NCBI GenBank assembly: GCA_010093995.1
Contig: ML992509.1
Span: forward strand, 404,894 to 468,893
Length of the DNA: 64,000 nucleotides
From: Elsinoe ampelina
Lineage: Eukaryota
Direction: 5' to 3'
In this document: one piece after another, positions 11,407 to 23,093 of the stretch
Position numbering within the stretch: position 1 is the first letter of the stretch
Layout: each line of letters begins with the position of its first letter
Translations under genes and position numbers: made by a program
Notes under the pieces: model-generated
The model's database searches: none
What the model was told of the DNA's origin: nothing
The model's input: only the letters and a program-made list of their open reading frames with translations

Positions 11407-13227
11407 ATGGCTCGCATGCTTGCTCATTTAGCACTTCTAATATTACCACTGGCGGCTGCTCTTCCTTCGGAGCACAACATCTTCGCACGACAGAATACCA
11501 GGTGTGGTGGAGACTCGTCGCTGACGCCTTGTGGGAATGGCTTCCCGACCAACTTCTGCTGCGGCGCAGAGACAAGATGCGTGCCACTGAACAACACACG
11601 CGTTACTACCACTATCTGCTGTCCGAACGGCAGAGACTGCTCCAGGATACAGCCGATAGCCTGTAATATCACCTTACAGAATGCTCAGCTGTTCCCGCAA
11701 AGCTCGATTCACACGCTCAACCTCACTCAAGAGCTACCAAAATGCAAGGACGCATGCTGTCCGGCAGGTTTTCGATGCGACAATAACGAATGTGTGGCCA
11801 TAAACGATCGCCAGCAATCTTCAAGCAGCTCAAGACCACCCGCAAGCTCGTCAACACCAGCGACCAGCCGACCAACCAGCAGCACTGAGGCAGGTGGTAT
11901 CACATCGGCAACGTCCACGACATCCTCGACGGCGAGTCCAGCCATGCCGATAGAGACGCTTGCACCTGTGGGCTCTTCGACCTTCAACGGCAAGTCTTTT
12001 GCAGCTGGCTTTGTCCCTGGCATAGCAATTGGCGCCGCACTGCTCTTCGGCATCTTCTTCCTCCTTGCACGCAGGCGACGCAAGCGAGAAGAAGTTACCG
12101 AAATGACCACGCCTCCCACCAGCTCTGACGGCTTCTCTTCAGCCAAAGCTGCATTTGCTCGACGCAAAACTCGTCGGCAAATATCAGATCCAATAGTGCA
12201 ACCAGAGTTCAGCACCCGCACCGCTTTCTACCATAACAGCTCACCGAGCAAACCCGGCTCAGATATCACCACCTCTACCGCACCCTCGCCACCAGACCCT
12301 TCCACTGTGGAGAAAGCTCTGCCAATCCCTCACACCCGCAAACGCTCCTCCTCCACCTACGACACCAACACCTCCGGCTTCCCCTCCACACCCTTCAGCC
12401 ACACCACCTCCAACTTCGCCGTCCCCTCCCTCTTCCACCAAACACCCAACCCCATTCCTCCCCATAATCCAAGCACAACCCCCCTCCTCTTCCCTCCTGG
12501 CCCCCCGACCCCAAAAGGGAGCACAACCCCCCCTCACCCCCTCCGCGCAAAATCCTCCCAACGCTCCCTCCGCCGCCAACTCTCCCGCTTCCGCAAAACC
12601 TCTGCCCCTTCCCCGAGCCTATCCCACCTCTCCCGCACCTCCTCCAAGCGCCGCCGCGTCGGCTCCTGGTCTTCAGGCGACGACCGCTCTCTGTCCGGGG
12701 ACGAGCGGACCGCGAACGGCAGGGAGAGCCGCGGCACGATAAGAGTCGTCATGTCCCCTCCGCGCCAGGGGCCGTTGCCCATGGGTTTCGGCCCGGTGTT
12801 GAGGGCGAATATGCCGCCGCCCAGCTGGGCCGGAGGCGGAGCCGGCGGGACGAGCGGGGTTGGGCGGGGCCAGGGGTGGGAGCAGGGGCAGGGGCAGGGG
12901 CTGGGCCAGGGAGGGATGGGTATGCATCCTATCTTACCCGAGGGCATGGCGTATGCGCATAACGATTTGCCGTACCCGGAGAGGATTGTGGTGGCGAATA
13001 CGGGGGAGAAGAGGCACGGAGCGGGTGGTCGGGGGCAGGGGCAAGAGTATAATCTGCGCACGCCGCCGCAGGTGCCTGGGCTGGTGCGGGAGGGGTTGGG
13101 GAGTCCGTATACGCCTAGTAAGCATAGGGGTGGGCAGGGGGCGGGGGATAGGGGGACGACGTTTGGGGAGATGATGGAGAGGGCGGGGGTGGGGAGGGGG
13201 GATTTGGAGAGGGGGAGAGGGGGCTAG
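11407..13227 (+). CDS. Type I membrane protein: signal peptide, Cys-rich ectodomain, Ser/Thr stalk, one TM helix, disordered tail
   Basis: Signal MARMLAHLALLILPLAAA; 15-Cys ectodomain with three CC pairs; TM FAAGFVPGIAIGAALLFGIFFLLA followed by RRRRKR. Confidence 0.78.
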   Translation: MARMLAHLALLILPLAAALPSEHNIFARQNTRCGGDSSLTPCGNGFPTNFCCGAETRCVPLNNTRVTTTICCPNGRDCSRIQPIACNITLQNAQLFPQSSIHTLNLTQELPKCKDACCPAGFRCDNNECVAINDRQQSSSSSRPPASSSTPATSRPTSSTEAGGITSATSTTSSTASPAMPIETLAPVGSSTFNGKSFAAGFVPGIAIGAALLFGIFFLLARRRRKREEVTEMTTPPTSSDGFSSAKAAFARRKTRRQISDPIVQPEFSTRTAFYHNSSPSKPGSDITTSTAPSPPDPSTVEKALPIPHTRKRSSSTYDTNTSGFPSTPFSHTTSNFAVPSLFHQTPNPIPPHNPSTTPLLFPPGPPTPKGSTTPPHPLRAKSSQRSLRRQLSRFRKTSAPSPSLSHLSRTSSKRRRVGSWSSGDDRSLSGDERTANGRESRGTIRVVMSPPRQGPLPMGFGPVLRANMPPPSWAGGGAGGTSGVGRGQGWEQGQGQGLGQGGMGMHPILPEGMAYAHNDLPYPERIVVANTGEKRHGAGGRGQGQEYNLRTPPQVPGLVREGLGSPYTPSKHRGGQGAGDRGTTFGEMMERAGVGRGDLERGRGG

Positions 13228-13338
13228 ATGGAAGGGATGCTAGAGGGGGTGGAGTGGATTTAGCGATGTATAGCTCTGGTTGAATGTGATTTGCGATTGA
13301 TAGAATGGCGCTTGCATTCTGAAGTGAGTTTTCTAGCT

Positions 13339-15350
13339 CTACACATCGTGCTCGTACGAGCGGATCCTGTTGTAGGTCCTCTCCTCGCCCTCGCTTCTCT
13401 TTTGCAGCATCTCTGCGCTTACACCCGTCCTCTTGGCAAGATCAGGCCAGATCTTGGTGCTGTTGGCATCAACCACGATGTAGTCTACGATCAATGCAGT
13501 GCCGTTGATAACACTCTCGTACTGCTCGTCGAAGCAACTACCTGGGTCGAGGATATAGCAGAACTGAGCGGGCTGCGTGGGTCCAGGGGTCGAGATATTC
13601 CCCACGCTCTGTGGGCCTTGAGTGCTGTAGCCTGGGTTCCCGATAATGTCAACTTGTCCTGTGGCGACATCTTTGTTGTTGAGCAGACGCATGAGGATCT
13701 TATAGGCGGTCTCAGGCTGGTAGGCAGGGGCTTCGTGGCCGGCTTCGTAGAGGCGCACGAATGAGAGGTTGCCGTGCTGACGCACTTGACCTCCGATGTA
13801 TGTCTCGTTGGTGAGGATGGGCTGGTAGCCGGCGGCGCGGAACTCTTCAGAGCCAGAGTAGTCAATTGCGAGGGAAGCAGCTTCGCCACCGATCCAGTTG
13901 CAGGCAAAGTCGCGATCGCCGTAGAAGAGATTGACCTTGATATCATTCTCGAGCAGGAAGGCCAAGTAATCAAGCCAGCCGGAGCCGAGGTAGTCGCCCA
14001 TACCGCGGAATGCGTTTGAAGACGCGCTGGAACTACCGGTCCAGTTGAGAGGAACGCCGAGCTGGTCCTGCACCCAAGGTTGGTTCAGGAAACCCTGGTA
14101 GAATGGTGGTGGGAAGAGGTTGGGTTCCAACACTGCGACGTCGTAGTAGGCGCGTCCGGAGAGCGATGTATAGGGGTCCCGAACAAAGCGTGTGCACCAA
14201 GATTCAGCACTCTGACAGAGTCGGTTGACAGTAGCGTTGATGCCGATATGCTCAGGGTCATAGACGTCAGCAACCGCCTGGCACTCCTCAATCCGGCTGA
14301 TGCACTCCGGGACCGAGTCACGCATTCCTTCATAAACAGTATCGTTAACAGTTTTGATTCCGTAAGTGTTGTTGACAGCCATTTCTGGGTAGCTTGGCCA
14401 TTGGACAGCACGGTCGATACACGCGTTGACGAGCATCAACGTGTCCATGCGTAGAATCTCAGCCTCCAATTCACCCTTCTCGATGCGCTGGTTCTGCTCC
14501 TCGAAGAATGAGACCATGGCTGGGCCGTACCGACCACCATAGGACTGAGTGGCCACGGAGATCTTGCCCTCCTCCGGCTTGAGGTAGGGGAACTCATCGA
14601 ACCATGTCTGTGCAAAGTGCCACAGAGCGTATGCTCCATTGCGACTCCCGCGAGCTGTGTTGTTGCTGTTACCGCTAGGGTATGTGCCGACTTGGAAAGT
14701 GGTGTTCTGTGCCGGAACAGTGGCGTTGGCAGGGAGTGTGGTGACAGAGCCAGTGATGAAGTTCTTGGTGACATTGCGGAGCAGATCGTACGAGTGACCA
14801 ACTTGATTCGGCTGATCAAGATAAATCATGTTCACTGGAGACGAATCAGTTTCAAGACAGCCCCATTGCGATGAGGAACTCCTTACCTTCTCTGTTCCAC
14901 GACCACGGGTTTGGATAGGTGGAGTTGGAGTCGGAATTCACGAAGCAAGGACCATGTTCGTCAAGGAGACCGAACATGGAAGAACTTCCTGGCCCACCGT
15001 TCATCCAAATTGTAGTCTGAGCGGTCTCTGGGCTCTCTTGCGCCTCAAAGTACCAGAAGAAGGTATTGACGAAATAGTCTTGGGGTGTGCCATACTGGTC
15101 CAGCAGGCCTGGTGGAAGCTGCACATATCCGGCGTATGATTTCGATCCTTCGCAGATGGTATTCTACGCGTACTTAGAGCTGGTAGCAACGGTGGGTGTC
15201 CTTCCGACTGACCTCTTTGAAGCTGATCTTGACACCCTCTTGCAACTTCGAGTCCAACACCGTGACTCCTTCCGGTGTCTTTGGGAATTGTGCTTGTGCC
15301 AGCGAAGCTACGCCGCCGAGCAGCACGGCAGCGTTTGTGAAGGACCTCAT
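13339..15350 (-). CDS. Secreted serine carboxypeptidase (peptidase S10, carboxypeptidase S1-like)
   Basis: Signal peptide [11 protein letters not shown]; introns 15164-15212 and 14835-14886. Motifs [25 protein letters not shown] (Ser), GDRDFACN (Asp) and AGHEAP (His). Confidence 0.93.
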
Positions 15351-16185
15351 GGTGGCCAAGGAGGACAAAACACAGGGACTGTCACCCACAGATGGCCCTG
15401 GCAGAAGCTACCTTTATCGACCTACCTTCTATCCAAGAGGCGGGAATGGACGGCAAAGACTACCCACTCGTCCATCGTACCAGAGCGACATGTCACTCCT
15501 ACAACGACCTCAACATGGAGCCGCGCATGCTGTTGAAGATCTCTCTTGTGCAAAAATCCAACAAAAAGGAAGGTAAGCAAAATACCAAGCTCGGCCATGG
15601 CTGAAAGAGGCAAGCAGTCCGGCCTTGGCATCAACCCGGCGGTGGCACGAGCGGGGCGGGCTCTGCGGGCGCTGCGGGCAGAGAAAGATAGTGAACCCTG
15701 CCACGTCCACCAGAAAACCATGATTGATTGATCGAGGTCAATCTGTCCATCAAAATTGACATCCCGCCATGCAGGGACCATCCTGACTGCTACAGTATTC
15801 TGCCTACTGCAAGCGAGAGAACCTCTAAAGACGGTGAATGATTGGACACGACACTATGCTGCCCAGGAAGTGTCGAGGCCACGGTCTTGCGAATGAATAG
15901 CCTGACTACATGTCAACTCCTGGCATTCTAGACACGGGTGGCACTGCTGGATGCTGCCGACCTTCAACCACGACCGGAGTCAGAGCCACCACGATTAAGC
16001 ATACCATGCATGCTTCCAGCTTCACTCGAGCTCATGGAGACAACGGCGTCGAGCCCGATGAATCACGAAAAGGAGCATCCAAGCGCACAGAGTGATCAAC
16101 AAATGAACTACGATTGATGTTACCACGAAAGAAGAGCAAAAACAATCAGAACAATTCGACCGGCACTTCCAGACCTGCAGCATCC

Positions 16186-17100
16186 TCACTTGGAAGTTGG
16201 CTTCGTACGACCCGACCTCCTGACGGGAGTAGTCTGCTTGACAACACCCCGCGCAGTCTTCTTCGGAGTGGCCTTTGCACTCTTCCTCTTCTGGACACCT
16301 CCACGAGCAGCCGCTCCCTCTCCAGAACGCGCAGGCTTGGGTGCCGCCTTCGGCGAGGGCAAGGCGGCAGACGTTTCCTCCTTGATGTCCTGCTGGGGAG
16401 GAGCAACTGCACCACCGTCTTCCTCGTTGTCCTTAGGCGGCTTAGGTCCATTCGGAGCTGTAGGTCGAGACATCGCCCTCAGCTTCGCGCTCGCTTGAGC
16501 TGCGGTCATGGAGGGTGGTATCGTCTTCCGCAGGGCGCGAGCAAGCTCGATGATGCCTACCTGAGCATTGGCAAAATCTAATCTGCTCTTCTTCACTTGG
16601 GCGGCCGAAGCAGAGAGTTCGCGATGGATATTCTGGTGATCGCGCCAGAGCTCCTGGTGGCGTTCCTCGGCAGCCTTCTTTTCCTTTGTAGCCCTGGTAT
16701 ATTCGATTGCTGTCTTCTTGCTGCGCGGCATCCAGCCAAAGGTGACCATCAGGTCCAGATCGTCGCGCGTTGGGCCCGCGGTCTCTATGGCTGGTTGCAA
16801 CGCATTGATAAAGTCGATATCTGAAACAGACACCCCCGAGTGTAGCTTTGGTGGTTCAGTCAGGCGACTAGATCCGCCTTCAGAGATAGGGGAGTAGATC
16901 GGATATCCCAGATCTGCTGTAGGCCAATCTTCGTAGTCCTCAGAGCCACAATGCGCCTTCATACTCCAGCCAGGACTGATCTGGGTTCGAGTGCTTCGAG
17001 GTGTGGACGGGGAACGGGCACGTCTGGTAGGCATGCTTGGTTTCACAGGGCTGGTCTGGCGACTTGCGCTGTCCTCGACTTTTGGTCTTTGGTACTTCAT
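16186..17100 (-). CDS. Hypothetical protein with central coiled coil and basic C-terminal tail
   Basis: 304-aa ATG ORF; heptad-like segment KEKKAAEERHQELW..IIELARAL; K/R-rich tail; no family recognised. Confidence 0.55.
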   Translation of the reverse strand: MKYQRPKVEDSASRQTSPVKPSMPTRRARSPSTPRSTRTQISPGWSMKAHCGSEDYEDWPTADLGYPIYSPISEGGSSRLTEPPKLHSGVSVSDIDFINALQPAIETAGPTRDDLDLMVTFGWMPRSKKTAIEYTRATKEKKAAEERHQELWRDHQNIHRELSASAAQVKKSRLDFANAQVGIIELARALRKTIPPSMTAAQASAKLRAMSRPTAPNGPKPPKDNEEDGGAVAPPQQDIKEETSAALPSPKAAPKPARSGEGAAARGGVQKRKSAKATPKKTARGVVKQTTPVRRSGRTKPTSK

Positions 17101-17376
17101 GTGGCAACAATTGCTGGTCTCGTTCTCTGTCTCGAATCACCGGGGTCAAGTCTTATAGATGTGCCGATCATGCTGCAAACGAGCAGCTTGTCGAACAAAG
17201 AGTCTGCTATTGGGGACGCGGAAACAAAGGAACACAATCTCAAAGAACGTATCGCCGGATCAGGCGCTTCTCGCCGGAAACAGAGTCAACACACTTCTGT
17301 AAGACAGCGCATGGAAAGAATGGATTGATTCTCGACAAAACACTGGAAACATCAATAGCTCACACCGATATCTACA

Positions 17377-17814
17377 TTACTTCCTCGTCACGGTTTGCCG
17401 GGGCCAAGCCGCCTCCTTCGCCTTCTCCCTTCGCAGTCTACGTTCGGTCCTCTCGGCAGCCTGTGTCTTAGAGTCCTTCACCTTGGTCGGTGCGGCGGCT
17501 GTCTTGGTCGACTTCCTCTTGGTGACCTTGCTGGCAGGTTTCTTGACCTTGTTGGCGCTCGTTGGCTTCTTAACCTTGGTGACTCTGGTCGGCTTCTTAG
17601 CTTTGGTGGGAGGCTTCTCCTCCCTGGGCTTGTTGTCAATGCGCTTGCTCGGTGACTTTGCTTTGGGACTCTTGGTCTTCGGCTTGGTTGGTTTGTCTTC
17701 GTCGCTGTCGGATAAGGCATCGAGACTGCTGGGATCAGGACGGTAAGGTTTGTCTGGAGCTGCTTTCAAGCCGTCTTTTGCGCGTGACCCGCCTCCACTA
17801 AGAGCGCTCCTCAT
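17377..17814 (-). CDS. Hypothetical Lys-rich basic protein
   Basis: 145-aa ATG ORF with repeated K(V/A)KKP(T/A) units; composition resembles a histone H1 tail; no globular domain seen. Confidence 0.55.
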   Translation of the reverse strand: MRSALSGGGSRAKDGLKAAPDKPYRPDPSSLDALSDSDEDKPTKPKTKSPKAKSPSKRIDNKPREEKPPTKAKKPTRVTKVKKPTSANKVKKPASKVTKRKSTKTAAAPTKVKDSKTQAAERTERRLRREKAKEAAWPRQTVTRK

Positions 17815-18166
17815 GTCGTGGTTTGCTGGTCAAGTGCTGAACGTGTCGTTATGGTATGGCGGTAATGCTTCAGAAGTTACAGGGAGTCTGTCTCTGTGAG
17901 CATTACTCGCAAGTCGAACGACATCTGCGCATTCTATATATTATGCAGCTGATTCATCTCGCATCCGGTCGCTACAACAAAGAATTCCGGAAGCGTCGCC
18001 GCGCAACAAAGTCGCTACATTCCTGGTTAAATTCCGCAACCATCGCAGATCTGAACTACCACAAAGCTCTCCTGGACATTCGACAATTTGGTTTGTTTGT
18101 GAATTGGACGCCATGGAGATCCGCATGCATACTATCTGGTAGGAAATATCGAAAGTTCGCCCGAGC

Positions 18167-18802
18167 TCAACGGCGTCGTCGTGGACGCACGTAGTACATG
18201 CCCGTCGTCGCATCCAGCTCCCTGATCCGCGCGCCGTCTAACAGCCTCAACCTTCTGTCAGCATCCAAAGAATCATACATTCGCCCGACGTCCTCGCGAG
18301 TGACGCCATACTCGTGCATCAACTGCTGCTCAATCATTGGTCTATCGACCAAGTCCGCGATTCTTTGCTCCCTGTCGAACGCCGGTCGTCGCTCCTGGCT
18401 AGATGTGCCGTTATCAGACATGGTCATGACAGTGTGCATAGGGACAGCCACGTGGTGGACCCCAGCAAGTCGAGTGGCATCGTCGCGATTCTGAATACCC
18501 AGCTCACCGAGAATACGGCTCTGCTCTTCCAGAAGTATGTTGGCCGCGGCTAGTCGCGATCTTGTATCGTCAAGCTCTCCTTGAGTTTGTCTGAGGGTCG
18601 TACGAGCTGCAGTCAATTCGATTCGTGCAGTGGTGAGCTCGGCTTGTGATATGGCGAGCTCTGCTTGCTTGCCGGCTAGATCGAATTCTGTTCTCCTAAT
18701 TTGAGCTGTGAGCCTGGCTATATCGCGACGAGCAGCTCTGGCGCGATCACGGGCGGAATGACCAGTGTCGTCGGTTCCGATGGGTGTGCGACGGGTGGAC
18801 AT
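18167..18802 (-). CDS. Hypothetical coiled-coil protein
   Basis: 211-aa ORF with heptads (AELAISQ/AELTTAR/IELTAAR/TTLRQTQ/GELDDTR); ends in RPRRRR. Confidence 0.55.
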   Translation of the reverse strand: MSTRRTPIGTDDTGHSARDRARAARRDIARLTAQIRRTEFDLAGKQAELAISQAELTTARIELTAARTTLRQTQGELDDTRSRLAAANILLEEQSRILGELGIQNRDDATRLAGVHHVAVPMHTVMTMSDNGTSSQERRPAFDREQRIADLVDRPMIEQQLMHEYGVTREDVGRMYDSLDADRRLRLLDGARIRELDATTGMYYVRPRRRR

Positions 18803-19247
18803 CTTCGGTCGTCTACGTTATCGAGGATCGGGGTTCTTCAGGGTAGGTAAGTTCGGTGTAACAGGAACAGAACTGAGACGAAAATGGGACAGAGCTCTGC
18901 ATTTACTTCAAGCAGAGACAAAGAATTGGCAGACCTCCCCAAACAAAGGTAGGTCGATTCGGAAGAGCAGCACCATTCACGCCGTCAACATGCAGCCTTT
19001 CGGCGTAGACTCGTCACATCCCGAAAGGCTAGCAGACTGCATGGCAGCTGGAGCTCATAGTGGTAGTTCAGATACGGCACTTCACATTCACAGCAACACT
19101 GTAAGTATGGATAGAGCACCTCAATTTCATTGTTCCAAGGAGTGTGATTCCCTTACCACCCAATGAGGTATCTGCCCTCCAGCACAGGTCCCGCCCGTAC
19201 CAAACCACCACATCATTTCATTCCCTCGCCAGAGCCCAGGTGCACAA

Positions 19248-19898
19248 TCAAGTAAGAGTCAAAATAGTCCTCTCAAACGGCGCGCCCCCGGCCCCAGCCC
19301 CAGCATCATCCTCATCCCCCCCATCATCATCATCCCCCTCCTCCCTCCTCCTCACCTTCGAAAGAACCGCATCCTCCACCTCCTCCCCCTCCAACTTCCT
19401 CACCTTCTTCTTCAACAAATAAACATACAGCTGCAACTCCTCAATCGTCTGATCCAACCTCCCGTTCTCAGCCTGCGACTGCCCCAGTCGACGCATGTAG
19501 TAATCGATCCTATGGTGCAAATTCCGCATCACCTCGGCCCACGCGTCGTTCAACCGTTGCACGTTCCTCGCCGACTCGCGCATCTCCTGCTCCAGTCCCG
19601 CGAGCGCGAGCCGCGCTTCGGCCTCCGGGGCTTCGAGCGCGGCGCGGGCGGCGTTGAGCTCGGTCTGCGCCCGGTTGCGGTCGCCCGCGGCCCGGACGAG
19701 GTTGGTCTCGGCGCGGGTGGCTTGGGTGGCGAGGAAGGTGGCGCGGTGCTCGAGTTGGACGACCTGGGTGCGGGCGCGGTTGAGGGCCGCGCCGGTGAGG
19801 TTGAGCGCGTTGTTGGAGGCGATGAGGCGGCGGCGGAGGTCGGCGTAGTCTTCGGCCGTGGCGTTGGGGTTCTCGGGGGGGACTGTAGGGTGCGACAT
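19248..19898 (-). CDS. Hypothetical coiled-coil protein
   Basis: 216-aa ORF that is largely Ala/Arg/Leu heptads with an acidic C-terminus. Confidence 0.6.
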   Translation of the reverse strand: MSHPTVPPENPNATAEDYADLRRRLIASNNALNLTGAALNRARTQVVQLEHRATFLATQATRAETNLVRAAGDRNRAQTELNAARAALEAPEAEARLALAGLEQEMRESARNVQRLNDAWAEVMRNLHHRIDYYMRRLGQSQAENGRLDQTIEELQLYVYLLKKKVRKLEGEEVEDAVLSKVRRREEGDDDDGGDEDDAGAGAGGAPFERTILTLT

Positions 19899-20297
19899 GG
19901 TCGTGTTAGAGAAGGTTTGGGTGGGTAGAGAAGGTGATGGGTTCGGAGGGAACGGTTGTGGGAGTGTGCTTGTAGGGACGGCGAGGTATGGAAAGGAACT
20001 TGGGAGGAGGGATCATGAGGGATCAGGAGAGAATGCTATATGGTGCATCTGAGTCGAGAGCTTCGAGATGTCAGACAGTGGCATTGTATCGAGAACAAGG
20101 ACTTGAAAGAGCAGCTGTCTTTGATGCCTATTCTCTTACAAAGACGACATCAACTTCATAGATGCAAGTTGAATGATATTCGATACGATAATGCATTGTT
20201 ACTCATACTAGGCTTTGTTGCTACTTCTCTCAAGTTTTCTTTCAGCATTGTTCCAGCAATGATGTGATCGCTATCACTGATGATTGCTCCGCCTTCC

Positions 20298-23093
20298 TCA
20301 CCAAGCGGAGATGATCGAGGTGAGCTTGGCTTGAGCCGTAGTTGCATTCGGTGGCTTATTGAGGCTGCCCAAGGCAACGACAGTCTGAGTGTTTGATGAT
20401 AGCTCTTTCAGGGCGGACGTGAGGCTCCTGTTGACACGTGTGGCTGTGCTGTCCAGTCTCTTTTCGCACTGCTGAACAGCTTTGGCACGCTCAGCTTGTG
20501 CGGCGCTGATTAGCACATTTCCTTCCCTCTTGAATTTTGCGCAAATACGCTCGACTGCCTGCTCCCTATCAACCAGGTTGATCGTCAGTGCTTCTGAAAT
20601 GTCCTGTAGCTCCTCGAAAACGCTCTTCTGATGCTGTTGGAGAGAGTCGATCCATTGACGACGTCTCATATGCTCATCTTCGATGAGAGTGGACCCATCC
20701 ATGGACGATTCTTCATCGCTGGATTCTGACGAGTCGGAATCGTCAGAATCGGTTCGGGACCGCATCACCTGCTGGTTTTTTCTAGGACTGTTCGAGTTGG
20801 ATTTGTTGTTATCAACGATGGGCCGTCTTGTTGAAGGGTCTTTCATCGGAGACCCATGATGACTGCCTCTATCATCATGATCGGAAGTGTGCTTTTGTTT
20901 GCTGGCAGGGAAAGTAAACTGAATCGGATCTGGCGCTGATGGGGGAGGCAGCTTAGTGGTGCGTTGAGATTTGATGTCGGACTCGATAGCTTCAATCCTG
21001 GGCATGATCTGCTTCGCAAAACACTCATTGATTATCTTGCCAAGCTTGTCGGCGAATGCATCTTGATTGCCTAAGCTGATCGGTGTGTAAGACTCGTAGG
21101 TCGAGGCATGGTCTGGCGAAGCTGTACCATCAGAACTTGCCACGAAGGTGTGAGGGCTGATATTGGGTTTGTCATTTTGCAGCAAGGTACCACTGGTGGC
21201 TTCTAGTTGAGCTCTTGGTGCTGGCTTGTGACTTTCGTCGCTGGCGAAATCATCCATGAAGTGAACGGACCTCTGGGGCGACTCCTGGTATTGCGAAGCG
21301 TGCTCACTGATATTGTGCTTGGTCGATGTCGTTAGTGGCACTCTCCCAAGACGAATGCGTTTGGCGGGAGAAATGTCGCCGTCTGCACTTCCACGACGTT
21401 TGTGGCTGACAACCTTGCTTGGTGAAAGCGTGCCCGCCGATGATAGGGCTTTGATCGGCTCGGAGTGGAATTGAAGAGCAGCAAAAGAGGTTTGATGTGC
21501 CTTTGATGGAGCTTCTGTGCTTTCGATGTGATTCGAGGGGGCGAGATTCGTGCTATCATGTGCTGCTAGTGTCGGGTTCGGTCCAAGATCTTCATTTGAC
21601 AACAAGGTCTTCTCCTGGTAGTCTGGATTTGATCGAGGAGACGCCGGGCTATCATTGGTAGGATCTTGTTCAAACTCGGGTGCCCTGAGTTGAGCATGCT
21701 TGTCGTTGAACAAGTCGTAAGAGTCAGGCACGATGGAATTTGTTGAGTGCTGTGAAAGCGCGCTGCTCTGTGATGCCTGATCGGCCTCATCGACACCGTT
21801 AAGGTCGGTCGTGTGGACGGCAGGATTATTGTCGTCTACAGGCCCTTCAAGGAGAGATGCTTCAAGAGGCACAGAGTCCTCCACTAGGACCTGTTCCATC
21901 TCTTCGTCATTCTGATGGGGGCTATTCTGGGACGCATCCATCAATAGATCAGACGTGCTCTCCCCTTCCAGCATCTCTACAGGATCTGCTTTGGTTGGCG
22001 CAGCTGCGGCACTTACATGCGAGGCATTGTCAGGCGAGTGGGATGGTCTGCTGCGTTCGGAGAACTTCTCTTCACTTGCAAGATTACCCAGGGCTGCCTG
22101 AGAGTCTCCTTGTGTGTGATTCTGTTTGACCTTGCTTGACACAATAGTGGTGGCAGGATTTGGCAACGGAGTCTGAGATTCGAGTTTGGCAGACGCAGGA
22201 AGCATTGATACTAGAAGGCTCTGTATCCCACGTGCGGCCAGAGTGTCGAAGTGGTCTTGGTACAAAGTACTAGCACTTGCTGGGTCAACCGTCTGCTGTG
22301 CTTGACTGGCGGCGAGCTCGTGCTTGCGGTCGGGACGTCTGTGATGAGATGTATCTTCTGGCTGACTGCTTTCACCATTATCGTCGCCATCAACATCGCT
22401 CGAATCGTCTTGAACTGCATCACTATCGGAGACGTGGATTGGTTTCTGCTGCGAGTCTCCGTCCACCTCTTGCAACGCTGCGCTTTGGTCTATAATGCGG
22501 CCACTCCGGCGGGCACCATGAGCTTGAGATGCGTTCACTGACTTGCTCATCTGTTTGCTGTTGTTGGGGGCCGATTTTACATGATGCTGGCTGACTGGCT
22601 CTGCTTTCATCTTTCGCTGTGACGTTTTTGCTGTGGTCGCCGCTCTGGTAGTCTTTCTCTGCGTGCTCTTTTTCGGCACTTTGGACGATAGCTCTCTGGG
22701 GCTACTTGGAGTATCGTAGACATCAAGTGGCTTGGGGGCAAGAACCAATTTCTGCCTGGTCGAAACAATTGGCAACTTTCCTGCTTGTCGCTGTGGGATA
22801 GGCGACTCCGACTTCTCCGCCAGCCTTGGACGACCGCGCTTGGTAGGCATCGAGAATGAGCCGCTTGGGGTTGTCTTCGGTACACGGTCAAGCCGGCGGC
22901 CTGCGATGTGTAAGCTTCGGCGCTCGAGTTATGGGTGGGAGCGGAACGTACCACTAGCAAAGACCGGATTGTTATTGGTGGTATCAGAATGATCTGAAGG
23001 TGGTGGTGTGGTGTATGTTGGGCCTACCTCAAATGGCCGTGATCTGTAAATAGTGAAGGACGATAGAAGCGAAGCCGCGGACACAGAGCTCAT
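20298..23093 (-). CDS. Large disordered protein with AT-hook-like KRGRPR and C-terminal coiled coil
   Basis: The 850-aa ORF is extended upstream by a phase-compatible intron 22901-22951 (GTACGT..GCTTAC..CAG) to ATG 23093. Helical C-terminus RRQWIDSLQQHQKSVFEELQDISEAL. Confidence 0.7.
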
